From positions 682,001 to 746,000 of the forward strand of contig NEEC01000012.1 of the NCBI GenBank assembly GCA_002189035.1: a stretch of DNA of 64,000 nt, in the 5' to 3' direction. The DNA comes from Utricularia gibba (taxonomy: Eukaryota > Plantae > Magnoliophyta). The notes under the pieces were generated by a model. That model was not told the origin of the DNA. It did no database searches and was given only the letters and a program-made list of their open reading frames with translations. Position numbers and translations under genes: made by a program. Shown here piece after piece: positions 53,836 to 64,000 of this stretch (its first letter is position 1; each line of letters opens with the position of its first letter).

Positions 53836-55202
53836 GCTCTACATAAAACATAATAACACAGGAAAACAATAAAAAAAAATACAAATCAAAAGTAGGAGTC
53901 AAATCATCACACCATATTCATTTATTCTAAGAAATCACCTTAATTTAACCTCTCATATTAATTAATAAAATCACACTATCATAAGTGAAATTAAAAAAAA
54001 CATTCAGTCATATTTGAAAGTAAGACATATAATAGTAAACATTCAAAATGTATACAGAAATAAAATTTAAGATTTGGTTCTCCGTTGCTATTGTTCTCGA
54101 CTTCAAACAAGCATTCTTTTCCCTTCTTGCTTCTTCTCTAGTTTTCTAGTTCTTGATTGAGTCCCCTTGCTTTTTCACGTTGTCTAAATATTCTCTTTCT
54201 TTTTCTCAAATTATCAAAATATCTTTCGTTGTTCTTCTTGTGTCACGCAACTTGTGTTCTCTTTCTACTGACTTTTTTTTTTTGCTGCTACATGACTTTT
54301 TGCTCCTCTCCTTTTTGCTTCTACGTGCCATATCGCTTTTTATGTTAGAAGTACAGTTGTTTTTAACCGAAATGCTGCAACATCACTAAATAGTATATTA
54401 AAACAAAAATGTGAACTTTGTATATTTTTTTTGTAAAATAAAACACAACAATGTTAAAAATTCGAAATTATTAAAACATACCATTTTACTCCTAAATACT
54501 CTAATTTGACAATTTAAAATTAACCATAAAATTTGTGTAGGCGGCACGGCACAAGAGCAAGAATGTTTTACAACAACTACAATGAGGTTCTGCTGACCTA
54601 ATCAGTACAGGAAATGGAAGCTTTATTTCTTTCTTTTTTTGTTTGTTATGTCCCGGGAAGGGGTCATTTTCAAAACCATCCACTACAAAAAAAACTCAAT
54701 TCCAAAACCACACATTGTGTGTACTATGTGTACAAAACCACTCATCCTAACTTTTTCTTTTCTTTTTTGAATTACTTTTATTCTAAGAAATTGTACACAT
54801 TTAAATATAATAAATATATACATTTAAATAATATAATTTCTGTTATAAATATGTCAAATTTTTTTTAAAACACTATTTATGTCACTCAAACTAACTAATT
54901 AATAAAATATTTTTAAAAAATTACTCATAATTATAATTGTATAATTTTAAAATAAAAAATGCACATACTTATTTTTCTAATATTCCTCAAGATATTTACG
55001 TTTTTTTTGAAATTACAAATATAATGCATATATATTATATGTATCATTATTTTTGAACATATAATAATAGAAATCATATTTTCCTATATATTATAATTAT
55101 ATTTCGATTAATGAAAACAAATTTTACATATATTAATTTATATTGAAATTAATGCCTACAATATAAATTACAGTATCCGAGATTTTCAATCATCGTAATA
55201 AT

Positions 55203-55760
55203 TGATGGTAATTCTGCAAGTGTACATAAACCATCGAAATAATAAAATAAGATCGTATCCATAGGGAATTGTTATTGGAATATTCTTTTCAAAAAAAAGA
55301 TTTACAAAGATTGAAAATAAAAGAAAGATTGGGTTTTGAAGACAATAAGAAAAGTGGCCTTGGATCTAAGATCCACCTTACTTGAAACTCGACTTTGCGT
55401 GTGTGCAAACCTTGAAGATTGACCTGCTTGCACAAGCTTTGGGGGAGTTATGCTAAAGTAGTGCTACTCGGTGACCGTTATAGCACCGTCCCTTGTTTTG
55501 TGGGATTATGGAATCAACCACGCCACCAGAGCTATTTCACCTCTTGTGATAACCCATGTTTTCTCCACATCCAAATCTAATCCCTACACCTGACACCTCG
55601 CAGACAGATTAGACAGAATGTGCCTTACCAACGATGTCCAATTGAGCCCTTCTCCTTAAGTGCTTGAGGCCAACCTTTGATTCTCCCACACTCCCTTAGG
55701 GTTATATGGTACTAAAGATCACGTTGGTAAAGAAAATGTTGTGAAAAACAAAATCAGACC
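55203..55760 (-). mobile_element. Truncated Athila LTR nested in the MULE
   Basis: About 550 bp homologous to 10089-10645. Confidence 0.85.
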
Positions 55761-58333
55761 TATGCTGTAATATTGATAATATTTATCCTTATTTCACAAA
55801 CGACCAAAAATTTACGCATAAGTGACTTCTGCTTCCTAGGCTGTTGAGTAGACGAGCTAGGAAGATCAAACCTAGTGATCATACCTTGAGGTCGTTCTTG
55901 AAGTGATGACCGTGGTTGTTGAGAAACACCTTCGAAATCACGGTGATATGGTACATCAATAGATACCCGATGGCTCTGAGGTCGACTATGTGCAGGTGAA
56001 GCTGTATCTTGTGAAAATCTTGGTCTCCCACTATGTCCACTTCTCCTTCCTGTGCTCCTTCCCCTATCCATATTCATCCTATATCACGAACTACGTGTAC
56101 GACCATGTCTAATCATCTTTTTACATGTAGGATCATGAATGAGGGGCATTGTTGCTGGCCAATGTTTCTCTGCTCGAAGTGGATGAAATTGGACCTTGTA
56201 TGCTTTCAACAAATGTTGTTGTAAGTGTATGGGATCCACATATTGTCTTAAATCAACTCCAAGTCTCTTGCACGCCTGAAATAAGCATGTCTTTTATATT
56301 GAATAAATGAATATTATTAAATCATAGTCTAACCTATTGTGCATGTGAGCATGGTATTCCATAATTTTTCCATTTGCAGCACGTGCATTTGCCCTCCTTG
56401 ATGCACACCACACAAATGTTATCTTTCCCATTTGCTTTCTTTCGGGTGATTACATGAACTATCATTTTGTAGCGATCATAAATCTCTACTCTTGAATAAG
56501 GATGAGACTTGTCCCAATGATCAAACAATCGTTGTGCTTGTGTCGAAAGGACTTGATTCTTCCTTTGTGCCTCTAGTGCCAACTCCAAACCTTCTGAAAT
56601 ATACTTTTTGCATCGAGCAAATGTAGCCTGCATGTTATTACATTCAAAATTTCGGTAAATTTAAAACACAAAACACAAATTAATCATACCTGAGCCAATG
56701 TCGTAAGTGGGAGATGTCGAAAATAGTGAAAGCAATAGCGATGACATCCTCCAAATTCTTCACTAAATGCTGTAACTCTGATTGCTGCCTTTCGATTAGA
56801 GTCACATCTATAAGGAATCAAGCACGTGGGTTTTCTCAAAGCAATGTAAGTTCCCACTAGCTCTAGAAACCATAGCCAAGAAGCATCAGTTTCTTCATCT
56901 ACTATGGCAAATGCAAGCGGCAGAATCTTTCCATATTGAGAGACGGTCACCGCAATGAGCATTTTGTGCCTGTATGTCGCATACATGTGCGTTGCATTGA
57001 CTGAAATAACCGGACGGGTGTGCTAGTAGGCATGTATACATGGTCCAAACGCCCAGAAGTAATAGTGCAATGTGACTCCATCTTCCTTATTCCTCCATTG
57101 GATTACGGTGCCTGGATTTTGTAAGGCAACTTCATTTAAGAAATCTGGAAGTTTCTTTACTGATTCCTCCCATGTGCCATACACCTTCTCAAAGGCCTTT
57201 CGCATTCCATACCAAGCACGTTTGTACGGTACTTCATAACCAATACTATCCAACACAGTTGCAATAATAGTTGACACTTTGGTCCCAATCTCTGCTTCAA
57301 TATATGGCTTGGCAATCTCAGAGATATATGGCTTGGCAATCTGTGCTTCAATATATGGTCCCAATCTCAGAGATATAATCATGATTGATGTTTCTGTAAT
57401 AAAAGAATCCCGCCCCCTGCCGCTTGCATGTGTGAGGCTCAATAAGCTTTGAGATCTTCCATTTTCCCAATTGTTTATAATGAGCTGCGCGAATCCTCCA
57501 GTGACAATTTTGAATGTCACGTTGTTTGCAATACATCTCCAAGACTCTAGGCTCAGTGTCACCAACAGTGAACTCCTTTCCAATTTCAATGGAAAATTCT
57601 CTAACTTGTCTTCAAAAATCTTCTTTATCTTCAAATAGATCACCTTCCTTAAATCTCGGTTCATATTGATGTGTGTATACTCCATGATTACTTGATTCTT
57701 CCTCTATATCATGTAAATCTTAGTTAGGAAACCATTCCGAATCAAAACTTGTGTTTCCTTCAAGCACATTCTCTTCACCTTCTGAGTTTTGAGGAGTATG
57801 ATCAATATAGGGAACCTCATTTTCATTAGTGAATTACATAAATGAATCGCCATCAATATTTTGGACTGGACCGAAATCATAATCCACATATTCATCTATA
57901 GAAAAATAGAATATCATAAAATTAAAAAAAAACATATACAATTTATTTACAAGAAAGAAATAATCATTACTGTTGTCTCCAATTTGTGAGTGAGATTCTT
58001 CTAAAAATAAAATGGGTCATATTCCACAAATAAATCCACCGGAGCAATAACATGGTTACGTTCATGAAGATAATCTAGGTTGCTCTGTGTCTCTAAATTC
58101 AAAAACCTCATTTCTCTAGTCACAACATCAAAAAACTGGACTGATAATCTAATGTTGAACCTCAAAGAAGACAATTGAACAATCTCATATAACTTTGCTT
58201 TTAATTCTTCCAATGAAATATCGGCATCTAACTGAAAAAACTAGATTGGTGCCACACTATAACTTACGTAATTCCCGTAATTAAAGATTTGACCTCCAAA
58301 GAAGACCTTGTATGAGACAGATCTGAAAGCCAT
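55760..58333 (-). pseudogene. mudrA-type transposase, decayed
   Basis: N-terminal FFGGQIF..YSVAP; MuDR domain; YKRAWY..YGTWEES..LP; MULE domain ISVNATHMY..LPLAFAIVDEET.ASWLWFL (catalytic D replaced by N); SWIM CTCCKW..GIPCSHA. Several in-frame stops. Confidence 0.9.
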
Positions 58334-58917
58334 CCAAATAGAGAGATATGTAAGAATGAGGTTGTAAGAAGATGAGGTTCTGGAGAAGGATGAAAGAATG
58401 GTTTTCAAAAGCCTTTCAATTTGAACAATTCGGTCATGTGATTGGGGCATGTGAGTCCAAAACATGGGGACACATATCAGTAGACTTTATTGATCTTGAA
58501 ACATGTAGTTGTCGGTGTTGTCAGCTGATAATGGAATATAGGCGGCACACCGCAATGGAGAAACCAGTGAGTAGCCAAAGATATAATCAAAATTACACAA
58601 ATTAATAAAGATTTAGTATGTTTAACAACCTAAAAATGTGTGATTAAGTGTATGTGTATGATGCAATAGAGAGTAAGTGTATACTTTTCCTATTTCTAGA
58701 GTAAAAAAAGTGGAAATTGAAGAATTTTTCACAATGAAACACATTCTCATTACTACATCTAAAACACTACATACACATTCATTTCACATTTTTTTGAATC
58801 TTATTCATGTATGTAAAAAAAATTGTAATAAGTTGCAAATGATATGTAATTCATAACTATGTTCAATATATGATCATATTTTTTAATCCCGTCTTCAAAA
58901 CATTAACCAGATGGATT

Positions 58918-58960
58918 TATAGGGTTTAGGGTTTAGGGTAAACCTCGTTTTACCCTAAAC
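58918..58960. repeat. Short plant telomere-type repeat / telo-box cluster between the two MULE genes
   Basis: TAGGGTTTAGGGTTTAGGGT at ~58920-58939, followed by ACCCTAAACCCC. Confidence 0.75.
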
Positions 58961-59579
58961 CCCAAATATGGTCACCGTATATTCAATTACGGTGACCATC
59001 CGTAAATCTGCTATTTTTAGCAGAATCTCATCAAATTTCACTTCGCGCGCCTTCCACTTATCACGTGCTACAGTATTTTTGACTGAAAAAGTATCATTCG
59101 GTTCCCGATAAAACAGACTGATAGATTTCCTGAATTTATTAAATTGGGTTTTAAAAAACAAATTAATTACTTTAAAAATTTATTTACACCATTCTTATCT
59201 TCCTTCTTCAACCACCATATCAATCTTCACATTTCAAAGGTTTTTTCACGCAGAACAGGTATGCTTTATGTGTAATTTTTGTTTATGCTTTTTTATATCT
59301 TAATGGTCATAGTATTGGGTTCTCTATTTCATGAGGATCTGAAAGCATACAAGATTTGTTTTATCTGAAAATTTTCGTCACTGCATTGATCAATGTTGTG
59401 AGTGAATCTAAAAAGGATGGATGGCTTTTTTTTTTTTTTTTGAAATTATAGTCACCATAATGCGTTTGTTACAATGCATTGCTCTGAAAGTATCCCCACT
59501 CTTTTTCATTTTGAAATTACGGTAACTGTAATGTGCAAAGATCTCAAAGCATATGAAACGTTATTTTACTCTCGTCACC

Positions 59580-60150
59580 ATATTATGCGATAATTGCGGT
59601 GCGTGGCTATGAAAGTATGCATATGTTTATTATATTTTGGATTTGTAGTCACCGTAATTCTTTCTTTGCAGTGCGTGGCTTTATGCAGATGTTTTTTTGT
59701 TTTGTATTTTTCCTCACTGTAATGTGTTCATTGTGGTGTGTGGCTTTAAAAGTTTGCGAAATTTATTTTATTGTGAAATTTTAGTCACTGTAATGCGATC
59801 ATCGCGGTGTGTGGCTATGAAATTATGCGAAGTTTATTTTATTGTGACATTTTAGTCACCGTATCTTTTTTATTGTGGTGTGTGGCCATGAAATTATGTG
59901 AAGTTGATTTTATTATGACATTTTAGTCATTGTATCTCTTTCATTGCGATTTGTGGCTATGAAATCATGTGAAGTTTATTTTATCGTGAAATTTTAGTCA
60001 TTGTAATGCCTTCATTGCAGTGTGTGGCTATGAAATTATACGACGCTTATTTTATTATGAAATTTAAGTCACTGTAATGCTTTCATTGCGGTGTGTGGCT
60101 ATGAAATTATACGAAATTTATTTTATTATGAAATTTTAGTCACTGAAATG
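59580..60150. repeat. ~70-bp tandem array (about 8 units) in a putative 5' intron of the MULE second gene
   Basis: GYGTGGCT anchors at ~59601, 59673, 59738, 59810, 59880, 59951, 60021 and 60092; most units carry a TAGTCACYGTAAT-like core. Candidate donor AG|GTATGC at 59259 and acceptor TGCAG at 60205. Confidence 0.9.
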
Positions 60151-60207
60151 CTTTGATTACAGTTTATGGATTTGAAAGTATCCATTTTCATTGTTCTTTA
60201 TGCAGAG

Positions 60208-61943
60208 ATGAACACATCAGAAAAGTTGAGGCTTCGATTCAATATTCCTGCAGAATATCAATTGTGGGATAAGGAAAAGGATGAAGAGATCGTTGGTGAT
60301 ATTCCAGAACGTGTTGGTCCTAGGGGTTTTGCTATCAGTACTGAGTACCTTAGATGGGGCTTGCATGTGCCAGTGGTACCATTTATGTTGCAAGTTTTGA
60401 CATGCCTTCAAATTCCATTTTCACAATTGACTCCTAAGTCAGTGGCATATATATTGGCATGGGTTTACATTGCTTGTGAGGAAAGCATTCCCCTAAAATT
60501 GCCTATTTTCTTTGCTATGAGCATGTGTAGTAGAATAAAGGATTCACCAAATTATGTGATAAAGGGTAAGCCTACAAATAAATTAGTGAAAGGTCTATGA
60601 AGTGGCTATGATAGTTAGTGGACAAGTTTTGTATGGGTTTCTCCTCCTGAAGATTTACCAAATGATTTCCCACGCACAGTTCCAAATTCTCATCTTATTG
60701 GAAAACCACAAGGTATTTTATGTGTTAAACAATTTTTTATACTATGCTCTTTTATGAGAATTGTTCTGATTTTATTGATCTAATTTACTTATGCTTACTG
60801 TTCGGTGTTGAGATGTTACCAAGGGATGTCGTTGATGAATTCATTGCTTTTTTTAAAGGACATACTAGGTCATTGACTACAATCCTACCTCCCATCTTTA
60901 GAATTCGGGGGGGCACAGCCAAGTTTTGGTGTGGGAAAAAAAGGATTACAAAGAATGATGATGATGTGGATGATCAAAGTGGAAATGATGCTGATAATTT
61001 ACACGAAGATGTGGCGGTTGACAATGAAATAAATGATTTGGCAGCTGAAAATGAGGCGTTGAAGCAACAACTAAAGTGGTATCAATCCAGATGGCCTTCT
61101 TTCTGTGAATCAAGTAGTCATATTCCAACGGTGCGGAAATTAGTAGTATTCGAAGTCAATGGGATTTTTGCTGATATTATTTTTCATTCATCATCAACCA
61201 TCAAAGGGCGTCCAGATAAGTGGATTTATGGGCGAGCAGGTATGGTATTTATTTAGTATTTCACACATTTGCAACATATAGTTGCTAATTTATTGACTTA
61301 ACTTTATTGCATATGTTATATTTTCAGTGTTTCTAAGACCAAATGCTAGGGAGTTTATGGAATGGTGTATGCAACATTTTGATGTTGCACTATGGTCCTC
61401 ACTTGGAGGGTAACATACAAAATATTATATTATCTTTTTTATATATATGTTTTACATGTTATTCTTTTTGTTACAATGCACAACTAAACTAAGTCATTAA
61501 TTGGATGTTTGGCAAGAAGATGTCAAATTTGGCATTCATATGGGATGGAACGAAATGGACCACCACAAACCTTCGAGTCCTCAAGAAGCCAGCAAGTATG
61601 GTTTTGCTAAAAGAGTTGCGAAAAATATAGGAGGATGATGCTTTTCATGGTCGGTATACACATGATAACACCTTGTTGGTAGATGATTCACCATACAAGT
61701 CTACAACAAATCCAGTAATAATTTTATTTAAAAATTTCATAAGTTAAATTTTATTTTTTTAGTTTAAATTATACTCTACTGGTTCTCAAATAGGATGACA
61801 ATGTCATATTTCCATACTCCTACAAGCACACGGATCATAAAAAAGATTCATCTTTTATGGAAGGGGGTGAGATGAAGACTTTTCTTGAAGCCCCAATGAA
61901 TGACCATCCAGACTGGGAGTATTACAAAGCATTAGTAGAGTAA
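60208..61943 (+). pseudogene. MULE-borne chimeric gene: Transposase_28-like (gypsy-type) domain fused to an FCP1/NIF HAD phosphatase-like domain
   Basis: Inferred exons ~60208-60712, ~60803-61239, 61328-61409, ~61500-61694, 61794-61943. N-part RFNIPAEYQL..YLRWGLHVP..FSQLTPKS. C-part RKLVVFEVNGIFADI, RAVFLRP..FMEWC.QHFDVALWSS, FIWD, LLKELRKI*, NTLLVDDSPYK..NP, IFPYSY, GGEMKTFLE, WEYY. At least three premature stops. Confidence 0.8.
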
Positions 61944-61989
61944 TTCTCATTTTCTATTTCATTATGCATATTAGGAGCACTTTTGCTTT

Positions 61990-62710
61990 ATTGTTATCTA
62001 GTAACTGTAACTGATGATTACAGTGATCAGCAGAAATAGGTAATCATCATTTTGCTTGGTAGAGTACTATAAGTATATTCTCTGAGAATTGTAATTGATG
62101 ATTACGATGATCGGCAGAAATAGTTAATCATCGTTTTGCTTAATAAAGTATTATAAACATTTTCTCTAGTAACTGTAATTGATGATTACGGTAATCCGTA
62201 GAAACAGATTATCATTTCCTTATATTACTTTCAATTCTTGTAACTATAATCGGTAATTACGGTGACCGTAAAATTTAGAGATACAAACTATTACTCGAGT
62301 AATTCTTATTTTCTATTTTATGCTTGTTCGGAACACTTTTGGTTAATAGACTACTATCACCATGTTTTCTAATCACTGTAATTGATGAATTATAGTGATC
62401 GATGGAAATAAATGATTATGGTTTTTCTTATATTACTTTTATTTGTGGTAACTATCATTGATGATTACAGTGATCGTTAGAAATAGGCAATTATTTTTTT
62501 TATATTAATTTTATTTTTTATAACTGTAATTGATGAATTGTAGTGATTGAAATAAATATGTAATTATTATTTTCTTTATATTAGTTTCATTTCTAGTAAT
62601 TGTAATTGATGAATTGTAGTAATCGATAGAAATATGTAATTGTTGTTTTCTTTATATATATTTTTTTATTTCTGATAACTGTAATTAATGAATTACAGTG
62701 ATCAACATAA
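61990..62710. repeat. ~75-80-bp degenerate tandem array (about 9 units) downstream of the MULE second gene
   Basis: TAACTGTAATTGATGA(A)TTAYRGTGATC-like units at ~62017, 62100, 62184, 62255, 62388, 62463, 62535, 62611 and 62691. Confidence 0.85.
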
Positions 62711-64000
62711 ATAAAAAATATTAATATGAAAAAGTTAAATGAAACGATATTTATGATTTTTAATTTCATTTATTATTTATAAAAGAATATATGATATAAT
62801 TTGATTTTTCATTTTGTTTAAATTATTTATTTTTCTATTGTTTAATTGTATATATTTTTGAATATATAATAATTAAATAAAATATACATTATGAAAAAAT
62901 TAATTTGATTTTTTTTATTTAATATAATTTTTGAATTATAAAAAAGATATTTTAATAATATTTATTACAATTTTTGCAAAACTAATGTAATATATTTTTA
63001 TTTTTTTGTAAAAAAGATAATAGTATTAAAATATGTTGTCAAAAATAAATTCAAAAATGAAAAGAAAATCTGTAGAATGAATGGTTTTGACAAGTAGTAG
63101 AGATGAGATGCACACACCATGAGGTGCACACACCAGTAGATGCATACACCGACAGGATGGTTTTGGAACTGGATTTTTTTGTAGTAAGTGTATTTTGTAA
63201 TAACTCCCGGGGGAAGACAAGCAGTAGAGGATGCGGCAGACTTGCTGCCACGGCACATTTATTTTCCAACCAAACACGTGCTGTCCAGACTTTGTTCCCT
63301 ACATAATTCCTTTTCTCGTTTCTTTCCCCGAGTGGTGGGCGTTCCCAACCAGAGATGAAGAGGAAGAGAAAGAAGAGCAGGATGAGCTACGGAACCAGCG
63401 AAGGAAAGAAAGCGCGATGGTTCTGGTTTTCTTGAGTTAGGCTCCAGAATGATTTTCTCATAAGTATTCAATGCTGCGCTCACTTCTCTGAATCTGTCAA
63501 CTTCCACGTAGTCCACGAGGTGTTAACATCGGGATCCTGCTGCTGATAAATACTAGTGTCTGGTTGCTTCTCGCACTAAAACTCAGTCCTCCTTCCACTC
63601 CATCTGGTAGTGTATGCATCTGTCTTGTTTCTTGCAGATCCAGAGTCTTCTCCTTAAACAGGAAGACTCCTCACAGACACACAAGAGGCCCCGGGCCATA
63701 AATGTTGTACAACATTCCATTCCCTAAAGCTTAATGAACTAGAAAACCAGTTTATTTTTTTCTCTGAATATCCAGTTTAAAAATGCATTGCTGATACCTA
63801 ACAATTGGCTTGTGTTAGTCGTTCAGCTGGACATCTCGCACATCTGCATCGAGTCTTGTTACAACTATTGAAAATCCATGTATCCGAGTCCTGGTATCTT
63901 TGTAACAGTAACCACACAAAGTAAAAACGTGTGAAGGGATCAGTTCCCCCACCATCATTTACAGGTCAACATGATCGCCATTCATGAACAACGTGAGACT

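Larger units (their letters stand above)
54661..63206. mobile_element. Mutator-like DNA transposon (~8.5 kb) with TIRs and degenerate TSD
   Basis: Left GGGTCATTTTCAAAA..ACTACAAAAAAA..TTCCAAAACCA..CAAAACCACTCAT..TTTTCTTTTC..TTTTTGAATT (54661-54773) matches the reverse complement of 63048-63206. Flanks are TCCCGGGAAG and TCCCGGGGGAAG. Contains mudrA. Confidence 0.8.

Noticed and set aside
60-58605. Numerous 60-130 aa ORFs antisense to TE or CesA coding regions
   Set aside because: Shadow frames, many with alternative start codons and no independent signal.
58918-58960. Chromosome end or healed break
   Set aside because: Only about three telomeric units, internal to a MULE; better read as telo-boxes.
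59580-60150. CRISPR-like repeat array
   Set aside because: Whole units repeat with no unique spacers, there are no cas genes, and the context is plant nuclear DNA. It is a minisatellite.
63259-63516. 85-aa minus-strand ORF beyond the MULE
   Set aside because: Alternative start codon, no recognisable domain, and it lies near the window edge; it cannot be supported as a gene.

Overview
Plant (eudicot-like) nuclear DNA that is mostly nested, decayed transposons. A small gene island at ~31.6-39.4 kb carries two minus-strand host genes: a 14-exon CESA6-clade cellulose synthase and an intronless ROH1/DUF793 (BPS1-domain) gene. As given, the CesA has a 1-nt frameshift in its last exon and an apparent GC-AG intron. 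The rest comprises several Athila-like Ty3/gypsy remnants with env-like ORFs, at least six solo LTRs with readable TSDs, five Angela-like copia LTR copies, a MuDR remnant and a Harbinger Myb remnant. An ~8.5 kb Mutator-like element (54661-63206) has TIRs, a degenerate TSD and a decayed mudrA. The most unusual feature is its second, divergently oriented gene. This gene fuses a gypsy-type Transposase_28-like domain to an intron-containing FCP1/NIF (HAD) CTD-phosphatase-like domain, and is bracketed by tandem arrays of one shared dyad motif, reminiscent of the VANDAL/VANC anti-silencing layout. All family assignments come from motif recognition by eye; no database searches were run.
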